64,000 nt of DNA, from contig DAITMO010000001.1 in assembly GCA_036835125.1 (NCBI GenBank), positions 127,508 to 191,507 on the forward strand, written 5' to 3'. Under the pieces are notes generated by a model. The model worked only from the letters and a program-made list of their open reading frames with translations. It made no database searches and was not told where the DNA came from. The position numbers and the translations under genes are program-made. The number at the start of each line of letters is the position of its first letter. The first letter of the stretch is position 1. Below are positions 19,028 through 29,154 of the stretch, one piece after another. The stretch comes from Patescibacteria group bacterium. Its GTDB lineage: Bacteria > Patescibacteriota > Microgenomatia > UBA8517.

Positions 19028-21922
19028 GTGAACAAATCTTCAAACTTAAAACTAAATAAAGAACAGATTGATGCCATTAAACACGGTAAAGGACCACTTC
19101 TTATTATTGCTGGGGCAGGAACAGGAAAAACTACAGTTGTTACTGAGAGAATAAAATACTTAATCCTTGGTAAATACGCAAAACCTTCTGAAATTTTAGG
19201 ACTTACTTTTACAGAGAAAGCAGCAAGAGAAATGGAAGAAAGGGTAGATATTGGTCTTCCATATGGTTATACACAAATGTGGATAATGACTTTTCATTCT
19301 TTTTGTGACCGAATATTAAGACGTGAGGCTCTTCACATAGGACTTGATCCAAAATATAAGCTCATGACAGAAGCAGAAAGTATTCAGCTTTTAAGAAATA
19401 ATCTATTTAAGCTTGAGCTAAATTATTTTAGACCTCTTGGAAATCCAACAAAATTCATAAGTGGAATGTTGCAACATTTTAGTCGTTTACAGGATGAAGA
19501 TATTTCTCCAACAGAATATTCAGATTGGGTTAAAAAACAAAAGACGACAAAAGAAGAAGAAAAAATTGAAATAGAAAAATGGCAAGAGTTGGCAAAAGTC
19601 TATAAATCGTATGATGAACTAAAAGTAAAAGAAGGATTAATGGATTTTGGAGACCTTATAACTAAAACATTAAAACTATTTCGAGATAGGCCGAACATTC
19701 TCTCGGAGTACAAAAAACAATTTAAGTATATTTTGGTTGATGAGTTCCAAGATACAAACTATGCCCAAAATGAATTGGTTAATCTTCTGGCGGGCAAGAC
19801 TGGAAACATTACAGTAGTGGGGGATGACGATCAAAGTATTTATAGATTTAGAGGTGCGGCAGTTAGCAACATCATCCAATTCAGGAAAACCTATCCAAAA
19901 GCAAAAGTTGTAGTTTTAACAAAAAATTATAGAAGTACTCAGGAAATTTTGGATAGAAGTCATGAGTTAGTTCGTTTCAATGACCCAGACCGTCTTGAGG
20001 TTGTTGCGAAGATAGACAAAAGGTTGAAGTCACAAGTTGCTAAAGATGGAGATGAAATAAAGTTCATCCACGCAGACAGAGTTGAAAATGAGGCAGATCT
20101 CATTGCAAAAGAAATTCAAAGATTAAGTATCCAGGAAAAATACAAATGGGGGGACTTTGCGGTACTGGTTCGTGCCAATAATCATTCTGAAACAATTATT
20201 AGAGCACTTTCTCGTAATGGAATTCCATATCAGTTCTTGGGTCCAGGCAGACTTTTTAAACAACCAGAAATAATTGATTTAATTTCATATCTGAAAGTTC
20301 TTAACAATTTTGAAGACTCCATAGCTTTCTTTCGAATTCTTTCAAATGATTACTTTAATATAAACTCCCGCGATATTGCTGCCATTGGGAATTATTCAAA
20401 GAAATACAATCTTTCACTTTTTGAAGCTTCTGAAAGAATTAAAGACATTTTTGTAAGTAATGATACAAAAGAAAAAATAGATAAGCTTTCAACAATAATT
20501 AAAAAACACCTCGGACTTATAAAGAAAGAAACTGCAGGTCAAATTCTTTATTATTATCTTGAAGATACTGGTTTAATCCAAAAACTTCTTTCTCCAACAT
20601 CAGTTGATGCAGAGAAAAAAGCAAAAAACATTTCTAAATTTTTTGACAAATTAAAAACATATGAAGTTGATAATGAAGACGCCACAGTTCCCGCAGTTGT
20701 TGATTATCTAGACCTTTGTTTGGAACTTGGAGAAAGTCCGCTGGCCGCAAACGAAGATTGGACTGAAGAGAATAAAGTAAATATCCTGACAATTCACAGT
20801 GCAAAGGGTTTGGAATTCCCAGTAGTCTTTTTGGTTAATCTTGTGTCCCAGAGATTTCCAACAATTGAGAGGCGTGAGCAAATTCCAATTCCGGAAGCTC
20901 TAATAAAAGAAGTATTACCAATAGGGGATTTCCATTTAGAAGAAGAAAGAAGACTTTTCTATGTTGGAATGACTAGAGCAAAAGAAAGAATTTATTTAAC
21001 AGCGGCTGATTATTATGGAGAAGGAAAGCGTGAGAAAAAACTATCTCCATTTATTTTTGAAGCATTAGGGAAAGATCTTGATATAAAAGTTAATGATACA
21101 AAAATAAAACAACTATCTTTCTTAGATTATAAAAATTCAGAAGTTCAGAACATCGAAACTGATATATCTAAGATTAAGGTTGATTACCTGAGTTATTCTC
21201 AGATAGAAACTTTCAAAACCTGTCCTTTGCATTACAAACTAAAATATATTTTAAAAGTTCCAACTCCACCTAACGCCTCAGCAAGCTTTGGTACATCAAT
21301 GCATGGAACCTTAAAGGGTTTTTATGAAGAAGTGTCAAGAGGGGTAAAACCGACAGATAGACTTTTATATGATCTATTAGAAAGTAATTGGGTAAAAGAG
21401 GGATTCAAAAGTAAGAAACAGGAAAAAGACTTTTTTGAAAAAGGGAAATTATACTTATCAGGTTTTTTGAAAACTGGTTTTAATCCAAAGACCCCAATAC
21501 TATCTTTGGAACAACCATTTACAATACCTTTAGGAAAAGACTTGAAAATAGGTGGTAGGGTAGATAGAGTGGATGATTTAGGCGGGGGAGAAATTGAAAT
21601 TATTGATTATAAAACAGGAGCAACAATCCCAAGCCAGCGTGAAGTAGATAAAAACTTGCAGCTATCTTTTTATGCACTTGCAGCAACAAAAATCCCAACA
21701 GAACCGTTTAATAAGACTCCAGATAAAATAAAACTATCTTTGTACTATCTTGATGAGCAGGAAAAGATTTCAACAACAAGAACTGCAAAACAACTAGAAG
21801 ATGCGGAAAAAGAAATCCATAAGATAAAAGAAGAGATAGAGAAAAGTGACTTTAAATGTAGTAATCACATCTTTTGTCAGACAGGATGTGATTACTCACT
21901 GTTTTGTAAATCGGAGGAATAG
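19028..21922 (+). CDS. UvrD/PcrA-family helicase fused to C-terminal PD-(D/E)XK (Cas4/AddB-like) nuclease domain
   Basis: Walker A LIIAGAGTGKTT, motif II YILVDEFQDTN, and helicase motifs V/VI (LTIHSAKGLEFPVVF, VGMTRAKERIYL). The C-terminal nuclease motifs are YSQIETFKTCPLHYKLKYIL, EIEIIDYKTG and a Cys cluster (CSNHIFCQTGCDYSLFC). Confidence 0.8.
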   Translation: MNKSSNLKLNKEQIDAIKHGKGPLLIIAGAGTGKTTVVTERIKYLILGKYAKPSEILGLTFTEKAAREMEERVDIGLPYGYTQMWIMTFHSFCDRILRREALHIGLDPKYKLMTEAESIQLLRNNLFKLELNYFRPLGNPTKFISGMLQHFSRLQDEDISPTEYSDWVKKQKTTKEEEKIEIEKWQELAKVYKSYDELKVKEGLMDFGDLITKTLKLFRDRPNILSEYKKQFKYILVDEFQDTNYAQNELVNLLAGKTGNITVVGDDDQSIYRFRGAAVSNIIQFRKTYPKAKVVVLTKNYRSTQEILDRSHELVRFNDPDRLEVVAKIDKRLKSQVAKDGDEIKFIHADRVENEADLIAKEIQRLSIQEKYKWGDFAVLVRANNHSETIIRALSRNGIPYQFLGPGRLFKQPEIIDLISYLKVLNNFEDSIAFFRILSNDYFNINSRDIAAIGNYSKKYNLSLFEASERIKDIFVSNDTKEKIDKLSTIIKKHLGLIKKETAGQILYYYLEDTGLIQKLLSPTSVDAEKKAKNISKFFDKLKTYEVDNEDATVPAVVDYLDLCLELGESPLAANEDWTEENKVNILTIHSAKGLEFPVVFLVNLVSQRFPTIERREQIPIPEALIKEVLPIGDFHLEEERRLFYVGMTRAKERIYLTAADYYGEGKREKKLSPFIFEALGKDLDIKVNDTKIKQLSFLDYKNSEVQNIETDISKIKVDYLSYSQIETFKTCPLHYKLKYILKVPTPPNASASFGTSMHGTLKGFYEEVSRGVKPTDRLLYDLLESNWVKEGFKSKKQEKDFFEKGKLYLSGFLKTGFNPKTPILSLEQPFTIPLGKDLKIGGRVDRVDDLGGGEIEIIDYKTGATIPSQREVDKNLQLSFYALAATKIPTEPFNKTPDKIKLSLYYLDEQEKISTTRTAKQLEDAEKEIHKIKEEIEKSDFKCSNHIFCQTGCDYSLFCKSEE

Positions 21923-22288
21923 TTGACACAGACTCTTTGTTTATATAAACTCGCAGCAATGACGCTAGAATCGAATCAGTTACAGAACTCTCCAGATATT
22001 GAAAACGCATTAAATTTCAGCAAGATCTTCTGGGATTCAATTAGCAATATTAGCGAAGACGGACAACTTGGTGCCACTCCAGACGAGATTGTCGATAAAG
22101 TGCAAGAAGCAATTAAAAATGGCCAGTTGAGGTCTTTACCGTCTCAAATTTTGGCTGGGGCGTTAATTCGCGGTTTGTCAACTGTTATTAGAGAAAATAT
22201 TGAGGATATAATGCAATCTAGCGGTACGAGATCCATTATTCGTGATGGTGATAGATTTTATTGTAAAAAATCACCCAAATCTGTTTAA
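21923..22288 (+). CDS. hypothetical protein
   Basis: 121-aa ORF with no recognised domain. Confidence 0.3.
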   Translation: MTQTLCLYKLAAMTLESNQLQNSPDIENALNFSKIFWDSISNISEDGQLGATPDEIVDKVQEAIKNGQLRSLPSQILAGALIRGLSTVIRENIEDIMQSSGTRSIIRDGDRFYCKKSPKSV

Positions 22289-22545
22289 CGAAAAGCCATT
22301 ATCATGATTCCATCTTTTTTAATATCACTTTGACTCCAGAATTTTTGTTCTTTGGTATTCAATATAAAAGTAATTTCTTTTTCTATTTTCCTGCCTGTGT
22401 ATTTTTTAAGTTTAGGATTATATTCCTCAAGAACTAATATATCTCCAATTTTACATTCAAAATTTGCAAGTCTTGCATCAAATGTCTTTTCACCGGAAAG
22501 AACTTTTTCAAAAGCATCGGTCCAAGTTTTCTTTCTTATTTTCAT
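22285..22545 (-). CDS. small ASCH/DUF3850-like protein
   Basis: 86 aa. FDARLANFECKIGDILVLEEYN resembles DUF3850/ASCH-fold proteins. Confidence 0.4.
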   Translation of the reverse strand: MKIRKKTWTDAFEKVLSGEKTFDARLANFECKIGDILVLEEYNPKLKKYTGRKIEKEITFILNTKEQKFWSQSDIKKDGIMIMAFR

Positions 22546-23130
22546 CTAGTCAATTTTATCTATTGGAAGCCAGTCATTAATCAAATCAAGGTTTTTAGCA
22601 TTAAAAACAAAATAATATCCTCCACCTTTTCCTAACTCATATCCAGATTTTGGAATATTCATTTTTTTGATATACCAATTAAGTAGAACTCCAACTCCGC
22701 CATGACTTGCTATAAAAATATTCTTGTTAGGATTTTGTCTTATGATGTTTTCAATGGTTGTAACAATTCTATTTTGTACATCAGTAGCTTTCTCCCAACC
22801 CCGAACACTTTCATCTGGATACTCAAAAAACTCTTTAACAACCTTCCAAAATTCATTCTGACCCAAATACCCAGTAGAAGATCTATCAATTTCTCCAAGC
22901 TCTTCAATTGTCTGTGGTTTTATTTGTAAATTGTCTGAAACAATATTAGCTAAATCGATTGCTTTTTGTTCATTAGAAGAAAATATTTCCTGAATATTTT
23001 CAATCCATGGTTGTCTTAACATCTTTTTTGCTCTGTCAAACCCAAGTGCTGATAAGTGCCACTTTGGGACAGGAATATCAGCGTCTTGTTGTACTTCAGG
23101 GTGAGTAACAAAATAAATACTATTTGACAT
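22546..23130 (-). CDS. histidine phosphatase (phosphoglycerate mutase) family protein
   Basis: The internal start MSNSIYFVTHPEVQ at 23130 avoids a 214-nt overlap with the upstream gene. FIASHGGV is the C-terminal His motif. The track ORF extends to 23334. Confidence 0.55.
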   Translation of the reverse strand: MSNSIYFVTHPEVQQDADIPVPKWHLSALGFDRAKKMLRQPWIENIQEIFSSNEQKAIDLANIVSDNLQIKPQTIEELGEIDRSSTGYLGQNEFWKVVKEFFEYPDESVRGWEKATDVQNRIVTTIENIIRQNPNKNIFIASHGGVGVLLNWYIKKMNIPKSGYELGKGGGYYFVFNAKNLDLINDWLPIDKID

Positions 23131-23974
23131 ATTTTGAAAACTTGAGCTTAGTATAGCATCCAGGATAGGAAACTTCGAAGCCTCCAAAAGATTGTTTGAA
23201 ATGAGTAAACCCAAGCCAATCTTTATTTGGGAACCTGGGATCAAATACGCCTTCGAAATCAAAAATCTTAAAACCATTCTTTTTAGCCCATAGTATGCCT
23301 TGATAGAGGAGAGAGTATTGGGAGAGTAGGGCACGTCCTTCTTTATTTGTAAATGCTTGCCAATAGTAAGTGATATAGTTTGATCTTTCGTGTGAAGAAG
23401 TCGTGAAAATCACTCCACCTATAATTCTGCCAGAAATATTGTGCGACGCAAGGAATAGAGACTTGCTTTGTGGAAAACTTTTCTTAAGTTTAATTAATTG
23501 TTCAGCTGACGGCACATATCGTGAGATTTTTACTGATTTTTTCCACCCCTTTCGGAACTTTTTGATTTCATCGGGAGTTGAGTATTCGACGATTTTAACC
23601 CCTCCCCCCTTTCGAATCGCGTATCTTGCATCTTTTTTAAAATGTTTGATTATCTCCTCTCGACTCTTGGTCAGGTCAATTTGCAGAGTTTTGCTTGGCA
23701 AATATGTGTTTTTTGCATGTTTAAAACCAATGGAGGCTAAGTATTTGGCATCCAACTCGTTCTTTGGTTCAATAATAAATTGAAATACCCCATATTTACG
23801 GCATAATTTCTTGATTGTATCAATTCTGATTTCTTCTGGTCTTTGCACTTTCAGAATTGATCCAAAGAGTGGAACCTTTTTAATGAAGTAGTTTATCTCA
23901 GCAATTCTTTCAACTGTCCAGCCAATACTTTTAAGATATTTTGCGTAAGATTCACTTTGTCTTATATCAATCAT
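23120..23974 (-). CDS. FemAB-family peptidoglycan peptide-bridge aminoacyltransferase
   Basis: 284 aa. KDARYAIRKGGGVKIVEY matches the FemAB TRYxIRKAxKxGV motif. It is paralogous to the adjacent gene. Confidence 0.6.
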   Translation of the reverse strand: MIDIRQSESYAKYLKSIGWTVERIAEINYFIKKVPLFGSILKVQRPEEIRIDTIKKLCRKYGVFQFIIEPKNELDAKYLASIGFKHAKNTYLPSKTLQIDLTKSREEIIKHFKKDARYAIRKGGGVKIVEYSTPDEIKKFRKGWKKSVKISRYVPSAEQLIKLKKSFPQSKSLFLASHNISGRIIGGVIFTTSSHERSNYITYYWQAFTNKEGRALLSQYSLLYQGILWAKKNGFKIFDFEGVFDPRFPNKDWLGFTHFKQSFGGFEVSYPGCYTKLKFSKYVK

Positions 23975-23975
23975 T

Positions 23976-24920
23976 TCAAAATCTATTTTTGGAGAGTTTT
24001 ACGGCAATTGGGTTTTTAAGTATTTTCCAACGAATACTTTCTACAATTCTATAAATGAGGTAAACAGGTTTATTTACTACCAGATCCCAAGTTCCCAAAA
24101 ACTCAATGACTTTTGGATTATAACCTTCTTTAAATTTAGTAAATCCTTTCCCTTCCTCTCTCCCCCAAAGGTCAAATGTTGTTAATTTCAATTTTTTTCC
24201 AAGTTTGATGGCCTCCCACATCATGAGATTATTTGCCATTACTTCTTTATGTGCTTCAGTGGAAGCCCCATATGGATAATATAAAAAGTCTTTCCATGTA
24301 AAAAGAATCCATGTAGTAATAATTTTTCCTTTATATGTAGCCGTAAGAAGATGGGCAATCCCTGCCTCCTTAAGCGTATTCCACATAAGCTTGTGATACT
24401 TTTCTGTGTGAGCATAGAAGCCCTGCCTTTGAGTAGTTTCGCGGGTTAATTCTAGATACTTTTTAAAAGCTTTGTCTGAATTATCCTCTATCACTTTTAC
24501 TCCTTTCCTCTCAGCAAGCCTGATGTTGTAGCGGGTTTTACTGGTGAAACTTTTTAAGAGATCCTCCTCCGACTTTGTTAAATCTATCCAAAAGGTAGTT
24601 GGTGTAAAAAACCTTTTGCCAGGAACTGCCCCAGAAGATTCCATAAGGCTAATTAGTTTTTCATCCTTTTGACAGTTTGGCTCGAGTTTTACAAAAATAA
24701 TGTTATTTTTCTTTGCAATTTCTTTAAGCCCATCAAGCATTTTGGTAGTTGGGGTTGGTCCCTTTTCAAAGATTGCTAGTTTATAATGAATACCTGGAAT
24801 CTTGTGAATCGTGAGAATTCCCCAGGCAGTTTCTAAAACTTCATTTCCCCAGGCTTTTCGGAAACTTTCCCAATAAGTTGTTTGCAGAGGGTGGGTGGCA
24901 ATATCGTTAATTTTATTCAT
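23976..24920 (-). CDS. FemAB-family peptidoglycan peptide-bridge aminoacyltransferase
   Basis: 314 aa. Signatures: TTYWESFRKAWGNE, TSKTRYNIRLAERKGVKV, LLTATYKGKIIT. Confidence 0.65.
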   Translation of the reverse strand: MNKINDIATHPLQTTYWESFRKAWGNEVLETAWGILTIHKIPGIHYKLAIFEKGPTPTTKMLDGLKEIAKKNNIIFVKLEPNCQKDEKLISLMESSGAVPGKRFFTPTTFWIDLTKSEEDLLKSFTSKTRYNIRLAERKGVKVIEDNSDKAFKKYLELTRETTQRQGFYAHTEKYHKLMWNTLKEAGIAHLLTATYKGKIITTWILFTWKDFLYYPYGASTEAHKEVMANNLMMWEAIKLGKKLKLTTFDLWGREEGKGFTKFKEGYNPKVIEFLGTWDLVVNKPVYLIYRIVESIRWKILKNPIAVKLSKNRF

Positions 24921-26847
24921 TGTCTAAATATTTATTAATTATATCGTCAAATGTTCCTTTGATGTCGTCAATGTCTGTGGAAACGTCAGACATTATATCT
25001 TTTACTCCTCCCAAAACTCCACCAACACTATCTAGTAAATTTTCAGGTATATCCATAATAAATCTACTTGGAGGGTTACTTATTCTCTCTCCAAAATAAA
25101 GTCGGGAATTGGCATAAATTAGATATAGCTGATTCATTGCACGAGTTATTCCAACATATGCAAGGCGACGTTCTTCTTCCATCTGGGAACTATCCATAAG
25201 ACTTCTGCTATGAGGGAAAAGCCCTTCTTCCATTCCAACTATAAAAACAATTGGAAACTCCAATCCCTTTGCAGCATGTAGCGTCATTAGAGTTACTGAA
25301 TTCTTTTCCTGAAGATTCCCTGACACGTGTTTACTGGAGTCCTGAGAGGTTTCAACCAATGTTACATTTTCCAAAAACTCGATAACATTTGGAAACTCTG
25401 TTGCAACACTTCTTAGTTCCTTTAAGTTCTCAAGTCTGGCAATGTTTTCCTCTGTTTCTTTTTGGAAAAGAGCAAGATAGTCTGTTTTTTGAATAACAGC
25501 ATCAAGAATATCTAAGGTTGTTAGTTCAGAGAAGTCTGGATTTTCCACTCTAAAAGTTTCAAGTTTTTCAAACCGTCTAATCCCAATTTTTTCAATTCTT
25601 TTTTTTGATACTTTGTCTTTTGGATTTGTTAAGTATCTGATGAACGCCAGAACATCTTTAATTTCTTTTCTGTCATAGAACTTAACTCCCCCAACAAGCA
25701 TGTATGGAATTCCACCATGAAGAAAGGCCTCTTCTAAAACACGGGACTGGGCATTTGTTCTATAAAGAATAGCAATGTCTTTGTAATTCAGTTTATCTTT
25801 TGAATATTTAACCAAAGTCTTAATTTCATCAACTACAAAATCTGCTTCATCAAAACCATTTTTAGCAGAATAGAGTTTAATCTTGTTCCCATTTTCTTTT
25901 TCTGTCCAAAGTTTTAATACGGGGTGGCTTGTGTTTTTAGAGATTACCAAATTTGCCGCACTAAGGATGTTTCCTGTCGATCTGTAGTTTTGTTCAAGAT
26001 TAATTATTTTTATGTTTGGATAATCCCTCATTAGATAATTGATGTTTCGGTAGTCAGCCCCGCGCCATGAGTAAATTGATTGGGAAGCGTCCCCTACAGC
26101 TGTAATATTTTTTCCTTTTCCAACCAAAAGTCTGGTTAGAGCATACTGGATTTTATTTGTATCTTGCCACTCATCTACAAAGATATGAGTTAACCTTTTG
26201 TTCCACTTTTCTAAAACTTCGGGGACTTCTTTAAAAAGAACAACAGTCTTGATAAGAAGGTCATCAAAGTCGAGTGCCCCTGCCTCTTTTAATCTTTTCT
26301 CATACTCAACATAAACTTTAGCAGCCATTTCCTGCCACTCACTTCTAACAAAGTTTACGTATTCGGCGGGGCTTAACATCATGTTTTTTGCTTCACTTAT
26401 CCCATTCAAAATTGAGTTGGGGTTAAATTGATCAGTTGAAATATTTAGCTCTTCCATAATCTCTTTAACAGTTTCTTTTTGGTCAGAGTCATCATAGATA
26501 ACAAAATTTTTGGGGATACCTATATACTCTCCATCAATCCTTAAGACCTTTGCACAAAATGAATGAAAAGTGGAAGCCATAATTTGAAGTTTGGAGTCAA
26601 GGAGCTTTAGGATTCTTTCTTTCATTTCGGAAGCAGCTTTGTTTGTGAATGTTAAAAGAAGTGCGTTCTCAGGTTTTATTAAGCCTTTCTCTATAAAATA
26701 GGCAACGCGGTGGGTCAAAACTTTTGTCTTTCCGCTGCCGGCCCCTGCTAATACCAAAAGAGGACCTTTCGTATAAGTGACTGCCTCTTTTTGTTCTTTG
26801 TTTAAACCAGTTATACTTATCTCAGACATGTCTGACCATTCTAACAT
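24913..26847 (-). CDS. pcrA: ATP-dependent DNA helicase PcrA/UvrD
   Basis: Walker A LLVLAGAGSGKT, HIFVDEWQDTN, LMTLHAAKGLEFPIVF, VGITRAMNQLYL. An alternative start, MSEISI, at 26829 is plausible. Confidence 0.88.
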   Translation of the reverse strand: MLEWSDMSEISITGLNKEQKEAVTYTKGPLLVLAGAGSGKTKVLTHRVAYFIEKGLIKPENALLLTFTNKAASEMKERILKLLDSKLQIMASTFHSFCAKVLRIDGEYIGIPKNFVIYDDSDQKETVKEIMEELNISTDQFNPNSILNGISEAKNMMLSPAEYVNFVRSEWQEMAAKVYVEYEKRLKEAGALDFDDLLIKTVVLFKEVPEVLEKWNKRLTHIFVDEWQDTNKIQYALTRLLVGKGKNITAVGDASQSIYSWRGADYRNINYLMRDYPNIKIINLEQNYRSTGNILSAANLVISKNTSHPVLKLWTEKENGNKIKLYSAKNGFDEADFVVDEIKTLVKYSKDKLNYKDIAILYRTNAQSRVLEEAFLHGGIPYMLVGGVKFYDRKEIKDVLAFIRYLTNPKDKVSKKRIEKIGIRRFEKLETFRVENPDFSELTTLDILDAVIQKTDYLALFQKETEENIARLENLKELRSVATEFPNVIEFLENVTLVETSQDSSKHVSGNLQEKNSVTLMTLHAAKGLEFPIVFIVGMEEGLFPHSRSLMDSSQMEEERRLAYVGITRAMNQLYLIYANSRLYFGERISNPPSRFIMDIPENLLDSVGGVLGGVKDIMSDVSTDIDDIKGTFDDIINKYLDNE

Positions 26848-27904
26848 TCCAAAGGTAGAAGAAGTACCTCCAAAAAAGAAAAAAAATAATGTTGAAAAGA
26901 TAATTTTTCTAGTAATTTTATCTATTCTTCTTCTGTTAACATTAAGTATTGGTGCATTTTTATTTAGATATCCTGAAATCTCAAAGGCAACTTACAACTT
27001 CATAAAAGCACCAGTTTCTCAAGTTTCCTCAAACAATAACAAAATAAACATTCTTCTTATGGGTAAATCTGGGGAGAATCATGATGGAGCAGATTTGACA
27101 GATACAATGATGCTCGTCTCAATTCCCTTAAAAGATGGAGAAATAAAAACAGTGTCAATTCCAAGAGATGTTTGGGTACCAGAGTTAATGGCAAAAATTA
27201 ATTCTGCATATTATTGGGGTAAATATGGAAGCGCATATTTTTCTCTTCAAGACACAGGGGGAGGAATTTCTTTTGCAAAAAGAATTGTAGGCAAAATTAT
27301 TGGACAGCCTATTCAATATGGTGTCGTAATTGATTTCTCAGCGTTCAAAGATATTGTAGATGCGGTAGGAGGAATCAGTGTTGATGTTGAGCATCCTTTT
27401 GTAGATAACTTCTATCCAATAGAAGGTAGGGAAAATGATCTTTGTGGTGGTGACAAAAGTTTTTCCTGTCGTTATGAAACTGTGATCTTTGATTCAGGAG
27501 TCCAAACAATGGATGGAGCAACGGCTCTAAAGTTTGTTAGGTCTCGTCATGCAGAAGGAGATGAAGGTACAGATATTGCAAGAGAATCCAGACAACAGAA
27601 AGTAATTGCGGCAATCAAAGACAAAATTGTTGAACCAAAAACTTACCTATCCACTAAAAGAATTTCGGCACTTTTGACAATAGCAAACAAATATATAGAA
27701 ACTGACATTAATCTTCCAACTGTTGGAATAATTGTCAGAAAAGGATTGGAGAATATGAATAATATTTCTCAGAAAAGATTTCCTGAAAACTTGGTTGTTG
27801 TTCCAAAAACCAACCCAATATATGACAACCTATATGTTTTTATTCCAAAAGCAGGGAATGGGAATTGGGAAGAAATTCAGAAGTGGTTTACCGAAAACTT
27901 TTAA
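26828..27904 (+). CDS. LytR-CpsA-Psr (LCP) family cell-envelope polymer transferase
   Basis: TM anchor followed by the LCP core (ILLMGKSGENHDGADLTDTMMLVSI, VSIPRDVWV, ALKFVRSRH). The start MSDHSN at 26828 is used. The track start at 26777 would overlap pcrA. Confidence 0.75.
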   Translation: MSDHSNIPKVEEVPPKKKKNNVEKIIFLVILSILLLLTLSIGAFLFRYPEISKATYNFIKAPVSQVSSNNNKINILLMGKSGENHDGADLTDTMMLVSIPLKDGEIKTVSIPRDVWVPELMAKINSAYYWGKYGSAYFSLQDTGGGISFAKRIVGKIIGQPIQYGVVIDFSAFKDIVDAVGGISVDVEHPFVDNFYPIEGRENDLCGGDKSFSCRYETVIFDSGVQTMDGATALKFVRSRHAEGDEGTDIARESRQQKVIAAIKDKIVEPKTYLSTKRISALLTIANKYIETDINLPTVGIIVRKGLENMNNISQKRFPENLVVVPKTNPIYDNLYVFIPKAGNGNWEEIQKWFTENF

Positions 27905-29154
27905 AAACTTACCCATCCAAACTTGTTGATCCAAAGCACTCCCCAAAGATTGACCATTATTGATAAGAAGAGTAAAAACCAATGGTACCACCTAAGTCCA
28001 GTTTTGGTAGCTCCCTTGATCGTTAAGAACAATAGAAAAGGATAAAAATCCACAGCATATCTATAGCCAAATTGGGAGAACCCTGTTGAACCATACGAAA
28101 AGTTTATTAGTGCAATCAACAAGATTACAACCCACAATTGCTTAACAATTTTTTCTTTTATGTTTGCACAAAAAGCAAAAACAAAGGCTGGAGTTGTAAT
28201 CCAAATTGACATTCCGGCCCACGAAGGAAAAATATAAGGTACATGGTTTGTAAATATAGGTAAACCAAGTAGAAATATTTTTAGATGTTTTGGAATATAA
28301 GAAAAACTAAACTGACCATATTTGAACCACGGTTCATCAAGAATACCAGGAATTAGAGTATATCCGGTTTCCCATGGTCTTCCGAAGCGGAAATAATTAT
28401 AAAGACTATAAAGAATTACAAAAAATGATAAAGCAATCATTATTTTTAGAACACCTTTTTTATCGAATTTTGGTTTTAATAAATATGTAAACAAAATAAG
28501 ACTTGGGAGAAGTTGTAATCTTGAAAGTAAAGCGGCAGACAGTAAAAATCCAATTACAAGTGGTCGTTTTTTATCAATATACTCGAGTAACATAGCTGCA
28601 ATGAAGAAGGTGGCGGTAATTTGACCTAAATACCAAACAGATCCAGTTGAAGATAAAAACCAAATTATGTTTCCAAAAGCAGTTAGTAAACCAGTCCAAA
28701 TTGTAATTTTTTTATTTTTGCTAACTTTCCAAGAAATTAACATCATAAGAACAGTTATTCCAGCACCAACAATGTGAGCCATATATTGCTGTTCAAAATT
28801 TGAGCCAAAGAAAAATCTAAATGGGGCAATAATAACTGCCGGCATTGGTGGATTGACAAATGTGAACTTATTATTTCTAATGGTTATTAATTCACTTAGC
28901 CAGGAAGGATTTTCTTCTAAATATATTTTTCCATGGAGAAATGAATCCGAAAGTCGAGTAAAATAGTCGTACGGAGTTTTTCCTCCTGAGGTAAGTAGAT
29001 AAACAATGAAGACAAAAATAAAAGAAAAAGCAAGAAATTTCTTCATACCTAATATTGTATATGTTTTAATATTTGGGTTCTTGACTAGATTATTTCTATC
29101 TTTTTTTGGAACTCTACATTTGGACCAAGGAACTTTCGTTGCATGGAGTAACAA
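27901..29154 (-). CDS. polytopic membrane protein, GT-C-like glycosyltransferase candidate
   Basis: At least 10 TM segments. The start may be the internal MKKFLAF at 29046. It is divergent from, and overlapping, the next gene's predicted start. Confidence 0.4.
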   Translation of the reverse strand: MLLHATKVPWSKCRVPKKDRNNLVKNPNIKTYTILGMKKFLAFSFIFVFIVYLLTSGGKTPYDYFTRLSDSFLHGKIYLEENPSWLSELITIRNNKFTFVNPPMPAVIIAPFRFFFGSNFEQQYMAHIVGAGITVLMMLISWKVSKNKKITIWTGLLTAFGNIIWFLSSTGSVWYLGQITATFFIAAMLLEYIDKKRPLVIGFLLSAALLSRLQLLPSLILFTYLLKPKFDKKGVLKIMIALSFFVILYSLYNYFRFGRPWETGYTLIPGILDEPWFKYGQFSFSYIPKHLKIFLLGLPIFTNHVPYIFPSWAGMSIWITTPAFVFAFCANIKEKIVKQLWVVILLIALINFSYGSTGFSQFGYRYAVDFYPFLLFLTIKGATKTGLRWYHWFLLFLSIMVNLWGVLWINKFGWVSF

